Shown: in pieces, positions 59,028 through 64,000 of the stretch | Layout: each line of letters begins with the position of its first letter | Position numbering within the stretch: position 1 is the stretch's first letter | NCBI GenBank assembly: GCA_963848965.1 | Contig: CAWKFG010000002.1 | Location: 8,022 to 72,021 of the forward strand | Direction: 5' to 3' | DNA: 64,000 bases | DNA from: an uncultured bacterium | GTDB lineage: Bacteria > Babelota > Babeliae > Babelales > Babelaceae | The notes under the pieces: model-generated | What the model was told of the DNA's origin: nothing | The model's input: only the letters and a program-made list of their open reading frames with translations | The model's database searches: none | Program-made: the position numbers and the translations under genes

Positions 59028-59981
59028 TCATGTTGGCGCTTGACCTAACCAGCTTCCATCCCACCAATGTATAGCCAGTGACTCAGGCTTCAGAACTTTC
59101 TGTTTTATCGCTTCATAGCTTAAGCCCTTACTAAAAAAGAGCCTTGCGTTAGTAAATCCTAGTGGATAAAGAAAACTTGGAGGAAACACTATGTCTCTTG
59201 TTTCCTTACCCAAATGAGGAATAACTAATTTAGAAAGGTATGCAGGCCCGACATAATCCCACAAACGACTGCCTTTAAAATCAGCATAACTCGCTGGAAG
59301 CCCTTCCAAGTATCCTTTAAAGTATGGATGACCTTTAATAGAGCCAATAATTGCATGGTTTGCATAAAGTACGCTTTCGTCAAGAGAGGTAATACCTATA
59401 AAGAAATCATAACAATGATTGAGTAAAACAAACATCTCAGGTTGTAAACATTCAAAATCGATATCAACATAAATCCCCCCAAACTGATACAAGATCTCAG
59501 AGGTTAACACATCTGCCTTCTGACCATAATTTTTTATTTGATCATAAATGTCTCTGTTAACAAGGTTAAGCCCTTTTACATCTTCATCTGTCCATAATTT
59601 ATAAGTAAAACCGGGTATTGATTGCCATGTCTTTTGCCACGCTTTGTATTTGTCTGGCAAAGGACTACCTAGCCATATTTGATGAATAATTAACGGAATT
59701 CTTGGTGATTTATCAGGAACAACTTCTAGTAAGTTATTTTTTTTGTATAGTGATTGAGACAAATCAAGAAACTGTGGTAGCATCTTCCCTGGCAAAAACT
59801 TATACCAGCTTGTATTAGGCTTATTGAGAGATGCTACAAATCTTTCATAGTAATGTTTAACATAAGGATCATTTTTACCCATAGATTTATCAAAATCAAC
59901 ACCATAATAGCTAGCTAAGGGTACAGGTTCCGTCATTTGAAAAAAGCACATAATAAATGCTAAAATATAGTATTTCATCAT
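59028..59981 (-). CDS. Secreted GT32 glycosyltransferase (paralog of 47955)
   Basis: IPLIIHQIWLG, GGIYVDID, IHWWDGSW. Confidence 0.85.
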   Translation of the reverse strand: MMKYYILAFIMCFFQMTEPVPLASYYGVDFDKSMGKNDPYVKHYYERFVASLNKPNTSWYKFLPGKMLPQFLDLSQSLYKKNNLLEVVPDKSPRIPLIIHQIWLGSPLPDKYKAWQKTWQSIPGFTYKLWTDEDVKGLNLVNRDIYDQIKNYGQKADVLTSEILYQFGGIYVDIDFECLQPEMFVLLNHCYDFFIGITSLDESVLYANHAIIGSIKGHPYFKGYLEGLPASYADFKGSRLWDYVGPAYLSKLVIPHLGKETRDIVFPPSFLYPLGFTNARLFFSKGLSYEAIKQKVLKPESLAIHWWDGSWLGQAPT

Positions 59982-60473
59982 TTCTCCATAACCGTAATTA
60001 GTTTTTGTAAGAATAAACACAAAAGTACTTTACTTGTAAAAAATAAAAAGAATGATAAAACAGTGTCAAGAATTTTTCTAGCTAATTGATGGTAAAAATA
60101 CTGCGGTAAAATTTGTAAGAGCTAAAGAATAAAAATGCCCTTTGAGCTTTTCACGAACAGATAGCCACAAAAATTTTATTTTCTTGAGCTTTAAAAGCTC
60201 AGCTTTATCACATTACTATAAAATTCTTTACGTATTATCTCCCGTTCCTATATAGTATAAAGAAATTTTTGCTATGTAGGAGTAGGGAAAAGAGAATATG
60301 TAAGAAAAAAGCAAGTGATAAACAAAGCTTACATACTTTTTCAGTAAGCTAAAGATTATCAAAGTTAAAATGATAAAAATTAGCTCTACTTTGTTATACG
60401 CTAGTAAAATAGAAGTGATGAACATTATTTATACCATAATAAATTGTTAATGGTAACCTAAAAGGGAGAAAGT

Positions 60474-61583
60474 ATGGTTATTATATTCTTAGTATTGTTT
60501 ATGTCATTGGTTTCAACTACTTTTAATACCGTAAGCGAAGGTACGGATGTGCTTTTAGAGGCTTATGACTATAGTCTTGCACATAAAGATAGCTCCATAC
60601 AGACGAACCAACCAGTAGGTGTTGCAGTAATTGCTTTTAACAGACCTCAATACTTTAAAAGGCTTCTTGAATCCCTTGAAAAAAATGCTGAATCTCAAAC
60701 TTTACCTTTTTATTTTTTTTTAGATGGTGGACCTCGTGCAACCCAGCAAGAGAACGTTAAGCTTATCAATCAATCATTGATTAAACATAAAGAAATAATT
60801 TTGAGACCAAGAAATTTTGGATGCGTTAAAACTATCATTGACGCACATCGATTTATGTTTGATTGGTGTGGATATAAAAAAATTATTTATCTACAAGAAG
60901 ATCTCCTTGTTAGTCCCTATTATATCACTGCTTCGCTCAATTTACATGAATGGGCAACAAAGAACTATAGTAATGTAGGTATAGCATCTTGTTATAGTTA
61001 TTGTTTTGGAAAAAAAGAGACAAAAAAAACTAGACTTACGTGGGTACGAGAACCGCCAGCAAATTATTGGTGGAGTTTTGTAACATATTGTTTAGATAAT
61101 AAGGTATGGGATGATATAAAACCTATTCTCTATAAATATGAAAAATTTATCGATGAAATTCCTCATACAGAGGAGTTTGCTAAGGCACGTTCCAAACCTT
61201 ACTATTGGATTGATGCGCCTAAAATACGTACTTGGCTTAGATCCTTATGCGCAGAAAAAATTCAATCGGATAAAAATTCTCCTTGGCTTAAATTTCGTAC
61301 AGAACCGGACAAGCAAGTTTTTCCTGCCTCAAATGTATATAAAGCTATAGGTGATGAGTTTTCTTCTACAGAACCCTATCACATTAATGAGGATAGTTTA
61401 ACTGCGTTTAGTCTTTGGCTAAAGGGATATATGAAGATAGAAACAATTGTTAACAGAGTGATACATATTGGTGACGAAGGAATAACAGTGGATCCTAAAC
61501 TTATTCAGCAAATAGGTATACATCATGTTAAGCTTGACATCTTCGAAGAAGATGCGCAATTAAAGAACTTTATTGTTAAATAA
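60474..61583 (+). CDS. GT-A glycosyltransferase, GnT-I/GT13-like paralog 3
   Basis: IAFNRPQY, LQEDLLVSP, HIGDEG. Confidence 0.75.
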   Translation: MVIIFLVLFMSLVSTTFNTVSEGTDVLLEAYDYSLAHKDSSIQTNQPVGVAVIAFNRPQYFKRLLESLEKNAESQTLPFYFFLDGGPRATQQENVKLINQSLIKHKEIILRPRNFGCVKTIIDAHRFMFDWCGYKKIIYLQEDLLVSPYYITASLNLHEWATKNYSNVGIASCYSYCFGKKETKKTRLTWVREPPANYWWSFVTYCLDNKVWDDIKPILYKYEKFIDEIPHTEEFAKARSKPYYWIDAPKIRTWLRSLCAEKIQSDKNSPWLKFRTEPDKQVFPASNVYKAIGDEFSSTEPYHINEDSLTAFSLWLKGYMKIETIVNRVIHIGDEGITVDPKLIQQIGIHHVKLDIFEEDAQLKNFIVK

Positions 61584-61611
61584 ATAGCCCTCTACTTCCA
61601 AAAGGAAAGAT

Positions 61612-62541
61612 ATGAAAAAGGTAATAATAGGAATCTTATTTTTAAAATTCAGTGCCATATTGGAAGCAAGCGCAATAACATATGTCGTAGGCAAGGAGCG
61701 TTTAGGAGATCACTTAATAGCCTATAGTCACGCTCGATGGGGATCATATAAACATAAGTGCCCCTTTGTTTATAAAGCTTTTCCTCACTCTTCCAAGTTA
61801 GCTTTGGATCAAATACATACTCTTAAAGATGCTGACATAAAAAAGTTTTCTAAAGTTGTACATTTAACAAAGCCTTCAGATCTTTTAAACATACGCAATG
61901 ACCAAAACATTCTGTATGTTCTTCCTGAATTTTTCATCGAAGTTTTTCATTCTAAAGTATGGCAGACTTTTGACATAGACTGGAATGACCCACAGTTTTT
62001 AAATCTTCTTAAAAGCGAAATATGCCCTAAAGAACCTTTAAATCTTACTCCTATACCGACTAATTGCGTAAGCGTAGCAGTACACATACGTACAGGTAAA
62101 GGCTATGATAAACTTCTTTTTGCTCAGCGAACAGGCCCTTATGCAGATGTAGTATCGCCTTTAAGATTTCCTCCAAATGATTATTATGTTACATGCATTA
62201 AAAAAATTTCTGATTTACTAAAAAATACACCTTTATATGTACATATATTTACAGATGATCCAAATCCTGATGTGCTTGTAAAACAGATCAAAGAGCAAGT
62301 TAATAATGACGTTATCCGGTTTGGTTTTAGGAAAGAAGGTAACCATCATTCAAAAAACGTACTCGAAGACTTTTTTTCGATGCTTAAATTTGATTGCTTA
62401 ATACGACCTCAATCAAACTATTCATTTCTTGTCTCTAAATTAGGAGATTTTAAAATTGTTATCAGCCCTTTAAACTATGAACGCAAACAGGGAAAGCTTA
62501 TTATAAAAGATGTGGTAATTGATCAAAAACAAGGAGCGTAA
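61612..62541 (+). CDS. Secreted fucosyltransferase-like (GT11-like) protein
   Basis: RLGD, VAVHIRTG, IFTDD, S.YS motifs. Confidence 0.65.
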   Translation: MKKVIIGILFLKFSAILEASAITYVVGKERLGDHLIAYSHARWGSYKHKCPFVYKAFPHSSKLALDQIHTLKDADIKKFSKVVHLTKPSDLLNIRNDQNILYVLPEFFIEVFHSKVWQTFDIDWNDPQFLNLLKSEICPKEPLNLTPIPTNCVSVAVHIRTGKGYDKLLFAQRTGPYADVVSPLRFPPNDYYVTCIKKISDLLKNTPLYVHIFTDDPNPDVLVKQIKEQVNNDVIRFGFRKEGNHHSKNVLEDFFSMLKFDCLIRPQSNYSFLVSKLGDFKIVISPLNYERKQGKLIIKDVVIDQKQGA

Positions 62542-62542
62542 G

Positions 62543-63655
62543 ATGATTTTTTTAGTAAGTTCTTTCATATTTCTAATGAGCCTACATGGGTTAGCTCAAG
62601 GTAATTTTTCACTACCTTCCCTGGAAAGTTACCAATATAACAGCAAATATAAAGACATCTCACTACATACTAATCAGCCTGTAGGAGTTGCGATTATTGC
62701 TTTTAACAGACCACATTACCTTAAGCAACTCATTGCATCTCTAGAAAAAAATCCTGAATCACAAACACTACCCTTTTATTTTTTTTTAGATGGCGGACCT
62801 CGTGCAAAACAAAAAGAAATTATAGAAGTGATAGAACAATCACTTATTAAACATAAAGAAATCATTTGTAGACCGAGAAACGTTGGATGCTCAAAGAATG
62901 GGATCGATTCTATGAGATTTATGCTTGATTGGTGTGGCTTTAATAAAATAATCTACTTTGAGGATGATCTTCTTGTAAGCCCCTTCTATATTACAGTAAC
63001 CCTTAATCTACATAAATGGGCTCTAGAAAACTACCGTAACGTAGGAGCTGTATCTTGTTGGTCGTATTGTTTTCTAGACAGAGACACAAAAGAAGCTCAA
63101 CGTGAATGGGTACAGGAACCGCCTTCAAAGTATTTTTTTAGCTTTGTAACATATTGTTTAGATAAGTCCGTATGGGATAAAATAAAACCTATTTTATATG
63201 AATACGAAACACAATTTGTTGATAGAATCCCTCATTCAGAAAAGTTTGCTGGGCCACGATCATTACCAACAAAATGGGCAGATGCTCAAAAAATAAGAGC
63301 ATGGATGATACAACTTCGTACAATTAAGGATCAACAAGAAGCCAATGCAATCGTTTCATTGCAGATGCAAGATGGAAAAAAGGATTTTCCCGCTTCTCGC
63401 GTAAATAAAGATATAAGCAATCACTTTTCTCCAACAAATAAATTTAACGTTAATTTTGATGATCTACTTACATTTAGTATGTGGATGAATGGATACTTAA
63501 AAATAGAAACCGTCGTTAATAGAGTGATACATATTGGTGACGAAGGGATATCAATGAATCCATACTTAATCAATTACCTTGAGATCAACAAGGTTAAGTT
63601 AGATATTTTTAATGAGGATATTAATTTAACAGTATTTAAAGAAGTGCCTAAATAA
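62543..63655 (+). CDS. GT-A glycosyltransferase, GnT-I/GT13-like paralog 4
   Basis: IAFNRPHYL, YFEDDLLVSP, GAVSCW, HIGDEG. Confidence 0.75.
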   Translation: MIFLVSSFIFLMSLHGLAQGNFSLPSLESYQYNSKYKDISLHTNQPVGVAIIAFNRPHYLKQLIASLEKNPESQTLPFYFFLDGGPRAKQKEIIEVIEQSLIKHKEIICRPRNVGCSKNGIDSMRFMLDWCGFNKIIYFEDDLLVSPFYITVTLNLHKWALENYRNVGAVSCWSYCFLDRDTKEAQREWVQEPPSKYFFSFVTYCLDKSVWDKIKPILYEYETQFVDRIPHSEKFAGPRSLPTKWADAQKIRAWMIQLRTIKDQQEANAIVSLQMQDGKKDFPASRVNKDISNHFSPTNKFNVNFDDLLTFSMWMNGYLKIETVVNRVIHIGDEGISMNPYLINYLEINKVKLDIFNEDINLTVFKEVPK

Positions 63656-63669
63656 ATAGGAAACTCTGC

Positions 63670-63701
63670 AACACCTAACAGCGTTAACGCTGTTAGGTGT
63701 T
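63670..63701. terminator. Perfect 32-bp palindrome, probable bidirectional terminator
   Basis: aacacctaacagcgttaacgctgttaggtgtt followed by a T run, between convergent genes. Confidence 0.7.
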
Positions 63702-63717
63702 TTTCAATAGTTGTAGC

Positions 63718-64000
63718 TTATTGTTTACGAAATACCATAATAGTTCTTTTAAAGTGAACAAGTTTCGCTTGTTTTCTTAACTCTTTTTCAACAGTCACAT
63801 CATTAGTAAAGCCGTATTTATCAACAAAAATTGATTTAATATAGTTATTATTTTGCTCATTAAAGTGTCCATGACCACCTTGGCCTTTTACAGCCCAGCT
63901 TAATATAATACCTTTTGAACAGTGGCGTATTAAATTTTCAATAAAAACTGTCTCAAACTGTGGCGGTAAGTGCTCCCCTACTTCTAAACTTACTACCCAA
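63718..64000 (-). CDS. Class I SAM methyltransferase-like protein, C-terminal part (runs off window end)
   Basis: Manual translation WVVSLEVGEHLPPQFE...SWAVKGQGGHGHFNEQ...FRKQ*. Confidence 0.75.
   Translation of the reverse strand, partial: WVVSLEVGEHLPPQFETVFIENLIRHCSKGIILSWAVKGQGGHGHFNEQNNNYIKSIFVDKYGFTNDVTVEKELRKQAKLVHFKRTIMVFRKQ

Noticed and set aside
3533..61350. Numerous 60-135 aa ORFs nested in or antisense to long genes
   Set aside because: They overlap confidently identified genes and show no recognisable motifs.

Overview
AT-rich bacterial chromosome segment. Housekeeping genes (rpsA, ndk, nusB, efp, glyA, alaS, pth, smpB, tsaD, rho, secF, rpmA, thyX, deaD) are interspersed with many signal-peptide-bearing eukaryote-like proteins (ankyrin/F-box-like, RING, M48-like), several intact or decayed toxin-antitoxin modules, and a glycosyltransferase island of about 17.5 kb at the right end. 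This content suggests an intracellular parasite of protists such as Ca. Babeliota/Dependentiae (TM6); that assignment is inference only. The standout observation is a second, full-length (365 nt) tmRNA-like RNA (33504-33868, minus strand) directly downstream of the canonical ssrA (34137-34497). It keeps helix 2 and all four pseudoknots with compensatory changes and has its own promoter. It has lost the G3.U alanine determinant, the encoded CCA, the canonical T-loop and an open tag reading frame. All structures and family calls were made by eye, with no searches run.
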